From: an uncultured Ignavibacteria bacterium
GTDB lineage: Bacteria > Zixibacteria > MSB-5A5 > SM1-73
NCBI GenBank assembly: GCA_964631815.1
Contig: CAZWAO010000002.1
Location: 1-43,527, forward strand
Reading direction: 5' to 3'
DNA length: 43,527 nt
Shown here: positions 6,708 to 15,483 of the stretch, piece after piece
Numbering within the stretch: the stretch's first letter is position 1
Layout of the letters: each line of letters begins with the position of its first letter
Notes under the pieces: generated by a model
What the model was told of the DNA's origin: nothing
What the model saw: only the letters and a program-made list of their open reading frames with translations
Database searches by the model: none
Made by a program: the position numbers and the translations under genes

Positions 6708-9659
6708 TTATTTTAGAAGAAGCATCTTATTGGTCTTGGTGAATTCCCCCGCCTCCATCCTGTAAAAGTATACGCCGCTGGCGACATCCTGGCCCCTTTG
6801 GTTTTTTCCATCCCATATCACCCTTTTATCGCCTGCCGTCTGTATCTCATCCACCAGAACCTTTACCTCCTGCCCCAGTATATTGTAGACCGTCAGTCGC
6901 ACGCTTCCGGCACGAGGAAGCGAATACTCTATTACAGTCTCGGCATTGAACGGATTTGGGAAGTTGTGCCCCAGGCGGAATGAAGTTATCACTCCCTCCT
7001 CTCCCTCTTCCACCGAAGAGGGAATCATTCCCAGGTCGCTCAAGGCCTGGTGTAATAGCTGGGTAGCTTGTGCCTCCTGAATGAAGTATAGCGGGAAATC
7101 GAAGAAGATAACCTGCTGGCCAGTTCCTAAGTAGCGGAAGGCGACGGGTTTGCCTTCGGAAGCTGAGGTATCGTAGGTCGAATGGAAGGTGTAGATAACC
7201 TCTCCGGCCATAAGGCTGTCGATGTAACCAACGCCGGGGACTCTTCCTAATAACTCCAGCCCCGGGGCTGCCTGGGCCACTCGCAGGCTGTCGACCTGAA
7301 GGTCCGGGTAACCGGAAATCCGGCTGTGCGCCCCAATGAACTCCTCCGAGCGCTCGTCGAGAGTGCTCCACGGCGGAACCAAAGCAGATTCGACGTGGAG
7401 CCGGTCATAACGGATATCGCCGGCTGAGAAATGCCTGATGGACCAATCGCCGTCATCTCCCTGGGAGAGATTGCGGCGGCCCTCGATGATAACCTTGCCG
7501 CCATAATCCAGATATTTCTTGAGAACCGAGTAAGTCGAATCCGTATCTGCTCCCAGCGACCGGTTTCCTCTGAAGTCCTCGGAGTGAACGATCACCACGC
7601 TGTAACGGCCGAGCTCAGGAAGGCGCAGCTGAGGATACGGGGGACAACTGGGACAACTGTGGTCCACATAGGCTCGCGTGTATTCCTGTAACGCACGCTC
7701 GTAAAAGGCATTTATGCTGTCGCCGTTCACCATGTTGTTGCCTATGTCTATATAGGTTTCGTCCACCACCAACAGGCCCTGATCCAAGGTAACGGCGAAG
7801 CCCCGGGCTTCGCTCGACATCTGGCTTTCGTTTCCGGTGGTATCCACTGCCGTTAAGGTGTAGTAATAATACTCCACGTCGCCTTGGACGGTCGAATCCA
7901 CAAAAGTCGTGTCGCTCCACTCATCCGCCAGAAGCTGGTAACCGGAGCCGGATTGTTCGCTTCTGAAGATTCTGTAGTGGTCGAAATCGGCTTCGCGGTT
8001 GGCGGCCCAGTCGAGTTTGATCTTGTATGTGCCGTATGGGTCAGCTATCAGTTCCGACGGTGCCCGCGGCGCCACTCTGGGTGCTAAGGAGACCTCCGGA
8101 TTGGCGAAGCTTTCGAATCCGGTCTGGTTGACGGCCGACACGGTGAAGAAGTATGTCGTGTTCTCGGTCAAAGCGGTGAGGGTATCGGTGTTACCGGCCA
8201 GTTGGCGGACGCTGTCGTAGTCTCCGCTGGAGGTGCCGAAGTACAGGTTGTAGTGGTCCACATCCTCCACCGGGTTATTATCTAACCAGTTCAAATACAA
8301 GGCGTCACCATCTCCAGCATCCACGGCAGTCAATCCCTCCACTGCCGAAGGGGAATTCCCCAAGGTCAGCACCGTGGCCAGGCACATCTTTGCGACTTCT
8401 CCCAGGTATGGAAAATTCAGGCTGTCGATCAGGTCATAATTCGTGTGCCAGCCGGCCGTGTGGAACTCGCCTTCCGAAGCCGCGACCACATCATAGCCAA
8501 ATTGGTAAAAAGAATTTTGATCGCTTGCGAAGTTCGGACCATCGTACACCGGGCGGAGGGAGGTGTACGTTTCCGCCGCATCCTTCATTGCTTCCACAAA
8601 TGGCATCTCTCCTGGCGGCGCATACAGCAGGACGTCGGGATCAGAATCCACGCTGTGTCCGATCATGTCGGAGTTGATCATCAGCTCCACGTTTGTTCCC
8701 CGATTATGCAGGTATTCCGCGAAGTGGTCGCTTCCTACAAGTCCTTGTTCTTCCTGAGCAAAGGGCACAAACATGACGGTTATGGGCAGCGGATTCTGAG
8801 AGATTATCCGGGCCAGCTCCAACGCGACCACCGTGCCGCTGGCGTTATCGTCGGCCCCGGGAGCAAAAACCATGGGGTTGACTCCGCTTCCGTTGACCAC
8901 GGAATCGTAATGTCCTCCCACGACCATCACCCTGTCCGGCTGAACCGTCCCTTCCACCGTAGCCACCACGTTCCACTGGTGGGAGACCCAGAAGTAGTGA
9001 TGAAGCCACAGGCTGTCGATGCCGAAGCCGGACATTTTCTGGTACAGCCAGTCTCTCGCCGCAATAATGGAATCGGAGTACGAGTACCTGGTGCGGAAGT
9101 CCTGAAGCCTCTGAATCCAGTCATGCAGCGAGTCCGCGGAAACCAGGTCGACTAAATCTCCAATGTCTTCGGAATAGCGCGGCGCGGCTGGGGGCCAGGT
9201 CATGGTTGGTTTGTATTCAAGCGGTATGGCCCGGCGACCAATCGGAACAACCATGTATCCGACCCTGGCCAGACCGGCAGCTTCTTCCTTCGAGCCTTTG
9301 ACGAATTGTCTGGCCTGGTCTTCGAATAAAACCCTACCGTAAGAAACCGGTGCCGGCTTGGCCAAGGTTTTGGGAGCGGAGATAAGGAAATAGTCTTCAG
9401 ACCAGGGCGACTCATCCACGATCCGGTATTTCAGGCCGGCTTGATCCAGCTCGCTCAACCTGTTCTTCTCGAACTCCGCTAATACGTAGCCTTCAAATCT
9501 GTGGTAGGCAATGACACCCAAGGATCGAGCGGCCAAAAAGTCTTTGGATTCCTTCAAATTGAGTTTGATCAGAACCGGATTAGCAACGGACGACGCAGAC
9601 ACGGAAAGCGAAACGGCAAGCGAAATAAGAAGGGCCAAAAGCGCTCTTCTTTGAATCAT
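6708..9659 (-). CDS. secreted M28-family metallopeptidase with FN3 domains, an unassigned ~250-aa module and a T9SS C-terminal sorting domain
   Basis: GGAGG sits 5 nt before ATG 9659; the track's GTG at 9665 is 2 codons upstream. A signal peptide is present. M28 zinc-ligand blocks are VVGGHYDSV, APGADDNASG, FAQEEQGLVGS and NSDMIGH. At least two FN3 repeats follow. The C-terminal T9SS/FlgD-like tail reads NFPNPFNAETVIEYSLP...GVYFYRMEAG...KMLLLK. Confidence 0.85.
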   Translation of the reverse strand: MIQRRALLALLISLAVSLSVSASSVANPVLIKLNLKESKDFLAARSLGVIAYHRFEGYVLAEFEKNRLSELDQAGLKYRIVDESPWSEDYFLISAPKTLAKPAPVSYGRVLFEDQARQFVKGSKEEAAGLARVGYMVVPIGRRAIPLEYKPTMTWPPAAPRYSEDIGDLVDLVSADSLHDWIQRLQDFRTRYSYSDSIIAARDWLYQKMSGFGIDSLWLHHYFWVSHQWNVVATVEGTVQPDRVMVVGGHYDSVVNGSGVNPMVFAPGADDNASGTVVALELARIISQNPLPITVMFVPFAQEEQGLVGSDHFAEYLHNRGTNVELMINSDMIGHSVDSDPDVLLYAPPGEMPFVEAMKDAAETYTSLRPVYDGPNFASDQNSFYQFGYDVVAASEGEFHTAGWHTNYDLIDSLNFPYLGEVAKMCLATVLTLGNSPSAVEGLTAVDAGDGDALYLNWLDNNPVEDVDHYNLYFGTSSGDYDSVRQLAGNTDTLTALTENTTYFFTVSAVNQTGFESFANPEVSLAPRVAPRAPSELIADPYGTYKIKLDWAANREADFDHYRIFRSEQSGSGYQLLADEWSDTTFVDSTVQGDVEYYYYTLTAVDTTGNESQMSSEARGFAVTLDQGLLVVDETYIDIGNNMVNGDSINAFYERALQEYTRAYVDHSCPSCPPYPQLRLPELGRYSVVIVHSEDFRGNRSLGADTDSTYSVLKKYLDYGGKVIIEGRRNLSQGDDGDWSIRHFSAGDIRYDRLHVESALVPPWSTLDERSEEFIGAHSRISGYPDLQVDSLRVAQAAPGLELLGRVPGVGYIDSLMAGEVIYTFHSTYDTSASEGKPVAFRYLGTGQQVIFFDFPLYFIQEAQATQLLHQALSDLGMIPSSVEEGEEGVITSFRLGHNFPNPFNAETVIEYSLPRAGSVRLTVYNILGQEVKVLVDEIQTAGDKRVIWDGKNQRGQDVASGVYFYRMEAGEFTKTNKMLLLK

Positions 9660-9800
9660 GGTCACCTCCAGGTTATACCCTGGCTTTCAACCCTATTTCC
9701 CACCTTAAGCTACGCATAAGCGACGGGGAAAATCGAATCAATCGCAGACCGAACCCATACAGCTTGCCGTGTCTGTGCCCGCAGATGGGTGAAAAAACGA

Positions 9801-9829
9801 TTGAAATCTACATTATGATGTTATATTAT
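9801..9829 (+). promoter_or_regulatory. candidate sigma-70 promoter for the kinase-EBP gene
   Basis: TTGAAA at 9801-9806, a 17-nt spacer, then TATTAT at 9824-9829. It lies 74 nt upstream of ATG 9903. Confidence 0.42.
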
Positions 9830-9902
9830 AGGTGACTCGATCAAGAGACACTTCGCCGCTTTAACTCGGCTCTCTCGGATCGGGCCTCCAATAGGGTGAC
9901 TC

Positions 9903-12900
9903 ATGATTGGCGGTCGTTATCGGATTCTGCAAGAGATCGGTTCCGGCGGAATCGGGAGAGTATTCAAAGCCGTAGACCAGTGGGGGGACAGGACGGTTGC
10001 GCTGAAAACCCTCTCCCTCACCGGGCCGGATCACACCGAGAGATTCAAAAAGGAGTTTCTCCTCCTTCGAGGGCTGCATCATCCTCATATCGTGCCGGTG
10101 TATGATTTCGGCTGGGCTGATGAAGGCCAGCCTTGCTTCAGCATGGAGTTCATAGAGGGGCAGGAATGGGGCACGCTCCTTCAATCGCTTGATTACTCCA
10201 GATTGTGGCCGGTCATCATAGACATCTGCGGCACCCTCGACTTTCTGCACTGCAAGGGAATCATCCACGGGGATATCAAGCCGTCCAACATCCTGGTATC
10301 CTCCGATCCCCAGGGCCAATTGATTCCCACCTTTACCGATTTCGGCTTTGCCGAGCCGGGCAAGCCGGAGGACTCCACTTGGTGGAAGGGCACCCCCTCC
10401 TACCTGGCGCCGGAGATCATTCGGGGTGAAAGATACACTCATCAAGCGGACCTTTACTCCCTGGGCGTTTTGCTGTATGAGAGTATCTTCGGGAAACCAC
10501 CGTTTCAGGAGCAGGAGTTGGGCCGGCTGGCCAGGAGCCACCTGGAAAAAGAGGTGACGATTCCTGCTGAGCCGGCAATTCCTCAAGGACTGGAAGACCT
10601 CATCCTGAAGCTGCTGGAAAAGGACCCCATGGATCGCTGCTATTCAGCATCCGAGGTGCGGGCCAGGCTGGAAGAGATATCGGGGATGAGGCACCCCGAC
10701 TATGACCGTTCGCTTGCCGAAAATTTGATCTCCTCGGCCGACTTTGTGGGCAGGGAAAAAGAGCTGTCCCTGTTGAACCAAGCCTTCCGTCAAGCCCAAG
10801 AGAATGGGAACCCGGTGGTGCTGATCTCCGGTGAGCCGGGAATGGGCAAGACCGGGCTGCTGAAGGAGTTTGTGAGCCGGATCGAATTGGAGCAGGGCCT
10901 GGTCCTTAATCTGCGCCTGTCAGAGAGGAAATCTCTCGAGACACATCGCCGGGAGATAACCCGCTTGCTTGAATATAAAACCCTTACCAAGGTTCTGATT
11001 GTGGAAAACTTGGAGCAAGCGGCCGACTCGCCGGAGGAATTTCTCGGCAGTCTGCTCGGTCAGCCGGAACTCCACAGGTTGCTGCTCTGTCTCACCGTCA
11101 ACAACAGCCTCTCCCGCTCGGACAAAGACGCCAGAGCGACGCAAACCGAAGAGGCACTCAAATCGCTGCTGGGGGACAGACTCGTCCATTTAGAACTGGA
11201 GAGATTAACCGAGCTTGAGGAGAAAGATCTGGTCTGCTCCATGTTCGCCTGGGAGCAGAAACAAGCGAAAATAGTATCCGCAGTTTACCAGAAGGCGCAA
11301 GGGCATCCGATGCTGGTGCGGCAGACACTCCGGCAATTGGCTGAGAGCGGACATTTTGGCAGACGGGAAGATGGCTGCTGGATGCTCGATCCAAAGCAGG
11401 TGGAGCAAGCACAAGCACCGCCAGCTTTGGCCCAGGATATGACTGATCGACTGAGTCGTCTTGGTCCGGATGAGTTGCATCTCCTGGGTTTGGCCTCTGT
11501 ATTGGGCCTGCGATTTCGCTCCCAGACGCTAAGCGATTTGCTGGGAGGAACGTCGGAGGGCTTCCGAAAGCAGTTCCAGGGCATTCTGGCCGAAGGAATT
11601 CTGTTGCCCGGCCCGGATGGCTCCTCAGAGGACGGTTTTTGCTTCAATAGCGGCTTTGTCCGGGATCTCATCTTGTCACAGATGGAGGACCAGGAGGTCA
11701 GGGAGCTTCACTCTATGGTAGCCGGCTACCTGGAAGAAAAACAGTCGGCGGGAGTGGAGGACCATCTGGAGGAGTTAGCCGAGCATTACTACCTGGCCGG
11801 CAGCGCAGAGCCGGCTTTACGATATTCTCTTTTGGCCGCCCGTCGTGCCCGAGACTCGGGCCAAGCCGGACAGGCTGTGATCCATTATCTGCGGGTCCTG
11901 GAACTCTGGGATGAATCGCCTGCGCCTCCGGAGGGGACCAAAAACGAGATTCTGCGCGATTTGGCAAGTCAGTACGAGTGCGACGGGCGTTATCAGGAGA
12001 GCATAGAATATTACCAGAAAAGCCTGGATCTGGCAGCTAACGAAAGTCCGCAGAACACGGACGTCCTGCGGATTCAACAGAAAATCGCCGGTATCTACAG
12101 CAAGATGGGGCAGCATGACAGAGCCACCAAGTTGCTCGATCGAACGCTGCCGCTGGCTGATCCCAAGTTGTTGCCGGTGGAGCATGCATCCCTGCTCATC
12201 GACCTGGCCCGGGAGAGAAGGGTAACCTCAGAATACGACCAGGCCGCGGGATACCTGCAGGAGGCCATCGGGCTGCTCCAGGGATTGGGACCTTCCAAGG
12301 AGATGGGCATCGGCTTGAACTCGCTGGCGGGAGTTTGGTGGGCACTGGGCGATTATGACCGGGCATTGGATAACCTCTCGCGGAGTCTGGACGTATTCGG
12401 CAAACTGGGAGAGACCCGGGAGATGGTCGACTGCTACATCGCCAGAGCGCTCCTTTTGAGGAGCAAGGGACTTCCCGGGGAAGCCCTGCAAGATTCGGAA
12501 GAAGCCGGAGAGCTTTTGAGGAAGCTTTCCGACCCCTATCGAACCTCGGTACTGGAACACAACCTGGGCATAATCTTGACGGACCTCAACCGGTGGGATG
12601 AAGCTCTGGACTGTTTCAAGAGAAACCTTCAGCTGAAGACGCAGTTGCGCGACGTGAAGGGAGTGGCCCTAAGCCATAACAGCATGGGGCACGTCTATCT
12701 CAGAAAGGGCCGGTTTGCGGCAAGCGGCGATCAGTTGTTTTCCGCTCTGAAGATGTTCCAGGAGGCTCGCGACAGAAGCGGCGCTGCCCTGGTGTATTAC
12801 AACCTGGCCGATCTTTTCCGGTGCAAGGAAAACTATCAGATGGCTCGCCACTATCTGGACAGGAGCATGAGGATCGCCCGGCAGATCGGAGAGGAAAGCA

Positions 12901-14927
12901 GGACCGCAGACTGTCTCTTGCTGTCCGGAAAACTACATCTGGATCAGAGCGACTGGCCGAAGGCCGACCAGAGTCTATCTCAAGCAGCCCGTATCCTGAA
13001 AAACGGCAGGAACCTTCCGGCAGAGGCGGAGCTGGCTTTGGCTCAAGCCGAGTTGTGCGTTGGAACCGAAGATCTCCCCGGGGCCGAACAACACCTAAAG
13101 CAAGTTGGGCAGTTTGCGGAGTCCTCCGGCAGCGCCTGGCTGGAAGCGCTCCTATGCCGGGTGTGGGCCGAACTTTACAGGCTCAGCGGCGACGAAAGCG
13201 CCTGCCTGGATCGACTGCTGCACAGCCTGGCCACTTTCAAATCACTGGGAGCCAGGTACGAGCTGGGCAAAACTTATCTGAAGCTGGGCCGGCTCAAGCT
13301 GAAGATGAGGAGGGTGAAAGAGGGGCAGGCTTGCCTGAGGGAGGCGCTGAGCATTCTGGACAAACTGGAAGTGGAGAACAGCAGAAAGGAGGCGAAAGCT
13401 TTGCTTGACCAGACAAAGGAAATGCCCCATTTGGAGAAAGAGAGGATTCTCACCTTCTATCGACTGGCGGATTTGCTGAACAACGTCTGGGATACCGACG
13501 AGCTGCTGAACAAGGCCCTGGACTTGGTCATCGAGCTGTTGGACGCCGAGAGGGGAGCCATAATCCTGTACTCCGAAAAGGACAAGAGCTTCCGGGTTAA
13601 AGTCTCACGGAAACTGGAGCTGGAGACCTCCAAAGACGCCGTGGCCATATCCCGACGGGTGGTGAATGACGTCATCGAAAGCGATTCCCCCCTGATCGTG
13701 GACAATGCCACCAGCAACCCACAGTTCGCCGCCAGCAAGAGCGTAATCGCCTACAACATACTTTCCATATTGTGCGTTCCGCTGCGGACCCAAAATCGGC
13801 TCATCGGCACGGTTTACTTAGATCATCGCAGCCTGCCGGCGGTGTTCTCCTCGGAGGATATCGATTTTCTGAAGGCCTTTGCCAGTCTGATCGCCACGGC
13901 CATAGAAAAAAGCGAGCTGTATGCCAAGGTCCACGAAGAGGTATTCCAGCTCAAAGAGACCTTTCACCGGTACTATGAGTATCCTCATCTGGTGGGAAGG
14001 AGCGCAAAGCTGCAGGAGGTCTTCGGTCTGGTGGAAAAGGTGGCCCCTGCCAAAACCAGCGTCTTGATTCTGGGCGAGCCGGGCACCGGAAAGGAGCTTA
14101 TCGCTCACCTCCTACACGAGAGAAGTCCCAGAAGAGCCGGCCCATTCATACGGGTGAACTGCGCCGCCCTGGCGGAAAGCATGTTGGAGGGCGAGCTGTT
14201 CGGCGTAGAGGATAAGGCGGCCACCGGCGTGGGCTTCAGAAAAGGAAAATTCGAGTTGGCCGACGGAGGCACCATTTTCTTAGACGAAGTCGGAGACATG
14301 AGCCTGTCACTGCAGGCCAAGGTGCTCCGGGTTTTGCAGGAGAAAGAGTTCGAGAGGGTGGGGGGACAGCAATCCATAAAGGTGGATATCCGGATAATCT
14401 CGGCCACCAACCAGGATCTGCAAAAGAAGGTGCAGGATGGCGACTTCAGGTTGGATCTCTTCTATCGCCTGAATACCATTGTGATCACCATTCCTCCACT
14501 CCGCGAGAGAAGGGAGGATATACCCCTGTTGGTACAGCACTTCGTACAGAGGTCTGCTCAGGAGAACAACAAACCAGAGGTGAAGTTGACCAAGAGAATC
14601 ATGGCGGCCTTGCAGGCTCATAGATGGAGTGAGAGCAACGTCAGGGAGCTGAAAAATCTCATTGAAAGGGCTACGTTGCTAAGCGAGAATGGAGAATTTC
14701 CTTCGGACCTGCTCAGTAGCTTAAGCGTGATACGGGAGTCGGCTGATATGGACGGGCCGGGCAAACTCCAAAGCCTGCTGGATTGGGTCGAAAAGCACAG
14801 AATAGTCCAAGCCCTGCAGAGAAACGGGTGGAACCAGGTAAAGGCTGCCGAGGAATTGGGCTTGAATGAGACCACCCTGAGAAGGCGAATGAAGAAACAC
14901 AAAATCAAGAAACCTCTTCGATTGTAG
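9903..14927 (+). CDS. 1674-aa multidomain regulator: Hanks Ser/Thr kinase - STAND/AAA P-loop NTPase - TPR array - GAF - sigma-54 interaction AAA+ domain - Fis-type HTH
   Basis: Kinase motifs: GSGGIGRVF, VALKTL, HGDIKPSNIL (non-RD), TDFGFA, YLAPE. The STAND Walker A is GEPGMGKTG (nt 10830-10856), preceded by FVGREKEL. A long TPR-like helical repeat region follows, then a GAF domain (AERGAIILYS...LCVPL...LIGTVYLDHR). The sigma-54 activator domain has GEPGTGKE (14073-14096), GGTIFLDEVGDM, VDIRIISATN, FRLDLFYRLN, PPLRERREDIP and NVRELKN. The C-terminal HTH_8 reads NQVKAAEELGLNETTLRRRMKKH. Confidence 0.9.
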   Translation: MIGGRYRILQEIGSGGIGRVFKAVDQWGDRTVALKTLSLTGPDHTERFKKEFLLLRGLHHPHIVPVYDFGWADEGQPCFSMEFIEGQEWGTLLQSLDYSRLWPVIIDICGTLDFLHCKGIIHGDIKPSNILVSSDPQGQLIPTFTDFGFAEPGKPEDSTWWKGTPSYLAPEIIRGERYTHQADLYSLGVLLYESIFGKPPFQEQELGRLARSHLEKEVTIPAEPAIPQGLEDLILKLLEKDPMDRCYSASEVRARLEEISGMRHPDYDRSLAENLISSADFVGREKELSLLNQAFRQAQENGNPVVLISGEPGMGKTGLLKEFVSRIELEQGLVLNLRLSERKSLETHRREITRLLEYKTLTKVLIVENLEQAADSPEEFLGSLLGQPELHRLLLCLTVNNSLSRSDKDARATQTEEALKSLLGDRLVHLELERLTELEEKDLVCSMFAWEQKQAKIVSAVYQKAQGHPMLVRQTLRQLAESGHFGRREDGCWMLDPKQVEQAQAPPALAQDMTDRLSRLGPDELHLLGLASVLGLRFRSQTLSDLLGGTSEGFRKQFQGILAEGILLPGPDGSSEDGFCFNSGFVRDLILSQMEDQEVRELHSMVAGYLEEKQSAGVEDHLEELAEHYYLAGSAEPALRYSLLAARRARDSGQAGQAVIHYLRVLELWDESPAPPEGTKNEILRDLASQYECDGRYQESIEYYQKSLDLAANESPQNTDVLRIQQKIAGIYSKMGQHDRATKLLDRTLPLADPKLLPVEHASLLIDLARERRVTSEYDQAAGYLQEAIGLLQGLGPSKEMGIGLNSLAGVWWALGDYDRALDNLSRSLDVFGKLGETREMVDCYIARALLLRSKGLPGEALQDSEEAGELLRKLSDPYRTSVLEHNLGIILTDLNRWDEALDCFKRNLQLKTQLRDVKGVALSHNSMGHVYLRKGRFAASGDQLFSALKMFQEARDRSGAALVYYNLADLFRCKENYQMARHYLDRSMRIARQIGEESRTADCLLLSGKLHLDQSDWPKADQSLSQAARILKNGRNLPAEAELALAQAELCVGTEDLPGAEQHLKQVGQFAESSGSAWLEALLCRVWAELYRLSGDESACLDRLLHSLATFKSLGARYELGKTYLKLGRLKLKMRRVKEGQACLREALSILDKLEVENSRKEAKALLDQTKEMPHLEKERILTFYRLADLLNNVWDTDELLNKALDLVIELLDAERGAIILYSEKDKSFRVKVSRKLELETSKDAVAISRRVVNDVIESDSPLIVDNATSNPQFAASKSVIAYNILSILCVPLRTQNRLIGTVYLDHRSLPAVFSSEDIDFLKAFASLIATAIEKSELYAKVHEEVFQLKETFHRYYEYPHLVGRSAKLQEVFGLVEKVAPAKTSVLILGEPGTGKELIAHLLHERSPRRAGPFIRVNCAALAESMLEGELFGVEDKAATGVGFRKGKFELADGGTIFLDEVGDMSLSLQAKVLRVLQEKEFERVGGQQSIKVDIRIISATNQDLQKKVQDGDFRLDLFYRLNTIVITIPPLRERREDIPLLVQHFVQRSAQENNKPEVKLTKRIMAALQAHRWSESNVRELKNLIERATLLSENGEFPSDLLSSLSVIRESADMDGPGKLQSLLDWVEKHRIVQALQRNGWNQVKAAEELGLNETTLRRRMKKHKIKKPLRL

Positions 14928-14943
14928 TCGTCATAACTGACGA
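14928..14943. promoter_or_regulatory. enhancer-like site 1: perfect inverted repeat TCGTCA-TAAC-TGACGA
   Basis: It begins on the base after the TAG stop of the kinase-EBP gene. The arms are 6 bp with a 4-nt spacer. Confidence 0.5.
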
Positions 14944-15013
14944 GCTATACCTTTAATATATTGATTATAAATAATTTAGCGACACAAACAAACAAAGGGG
15001 CGACAAAAGAGAA

Positions 15014-15029
15014 TCGGCATAACTGACGA
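15014..15029. promoter_or_regulatory. enhancer-like site 2: TCGGCATAACTGACGA (15/16 identical to site 1)
   Basis: Read directly from the sequence. The centre lies 86 bp from the centre of site 1. Confidence 0.5.
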
Positions 15030-15079
15030 TGGAGTTAACTCTATAATTCTACGTGAGTTATAAGTTGCAATGTCAGATC

Positions 15080-15095
15080 TCGTCAGTTTTGATCC
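15080..15095. promoter_or_regulatory. enhancer-like site 3 (inverted orientation, 12/16 match; TCGTCAGTT = reverse complement of AACTGACGA)
   Basis: Read directly from the sequence. The centre lies about 100 nt upstream of the -24/-12 element. Confidence 0.4.
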
Positions 15096-15182
15096 CCTCT
15101 TCTTTGCCTTCCTTCCCATCAGTACACTTTACCGCAAAGCTAAGCGTTTGTAAACCATAGCGTAACGCGGCCTACTGCGTTC

Positions 15183-15199
15183 CGGCATTGGGTTTGCAA
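15183..15199 (+). promoter_or_regulatory. sigma-54 (-24/-12) promoter CGGCATTGGGTTTGCAA
   Basis: GG at 15184-15185 and GC at 15196-15197 are separated by exactly 10 nt. The sequence matches the consensus TGGCACG-N4-TTGCW at GGCA and TTGCA. It lies about 50 nt upstream of the small ORF start. Confidence 0.55.
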
Positions 15200-15246
15200 T
15201 ACTGTGCAGTCGCAGAGAAAGCAAACCCCTAAACGCGGAGGTCGTG

Positions 15247-15465
15247 ATGCTTTCCAAATTCAATTCACACAGTGTCTCCATTTTGACCATAGCAGTTCTT
15301 CTGCTGTTGGTCGTCGGCTTCTCAGCCAGTGTAGTCTTGGCGGACGGCCAAGGTGGCCAGTGGCCCCTCGAACCCCCACCTGCGACCACCGGTGGCGATG
15401 ACGGAGGAAGCGAGGGAATCCAGACGCTGGTGACGGTCATGACACTGATGGAACTGATTCTTTAG
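15247..15465 (+). CDS. small secreted/membrane-anchored peptide (72 aa) of unknown function
   Basis: GGAGG at 15237-15241 sits 5 nt before ATG 15247. The N-terminal signal-like segment is ILTIAVLLLLVVGFSASVVLA-DG. The mature part is Gly/Pro/Asp-rich and ends in a hydrophobic tail (IQTLVTVMTLMELIL). Its stop abuts the next gene. Confidence 0.55.
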   Translation: MLSKFNSHSVSILTIAVLLLLVVGFSASVVLADGQGGQWPLEPPPATTGGDDGGSEGIQTLVTVMTLMELIL

Positions 15466-15483
15466 TTGCAGCTGAGGGAACGT

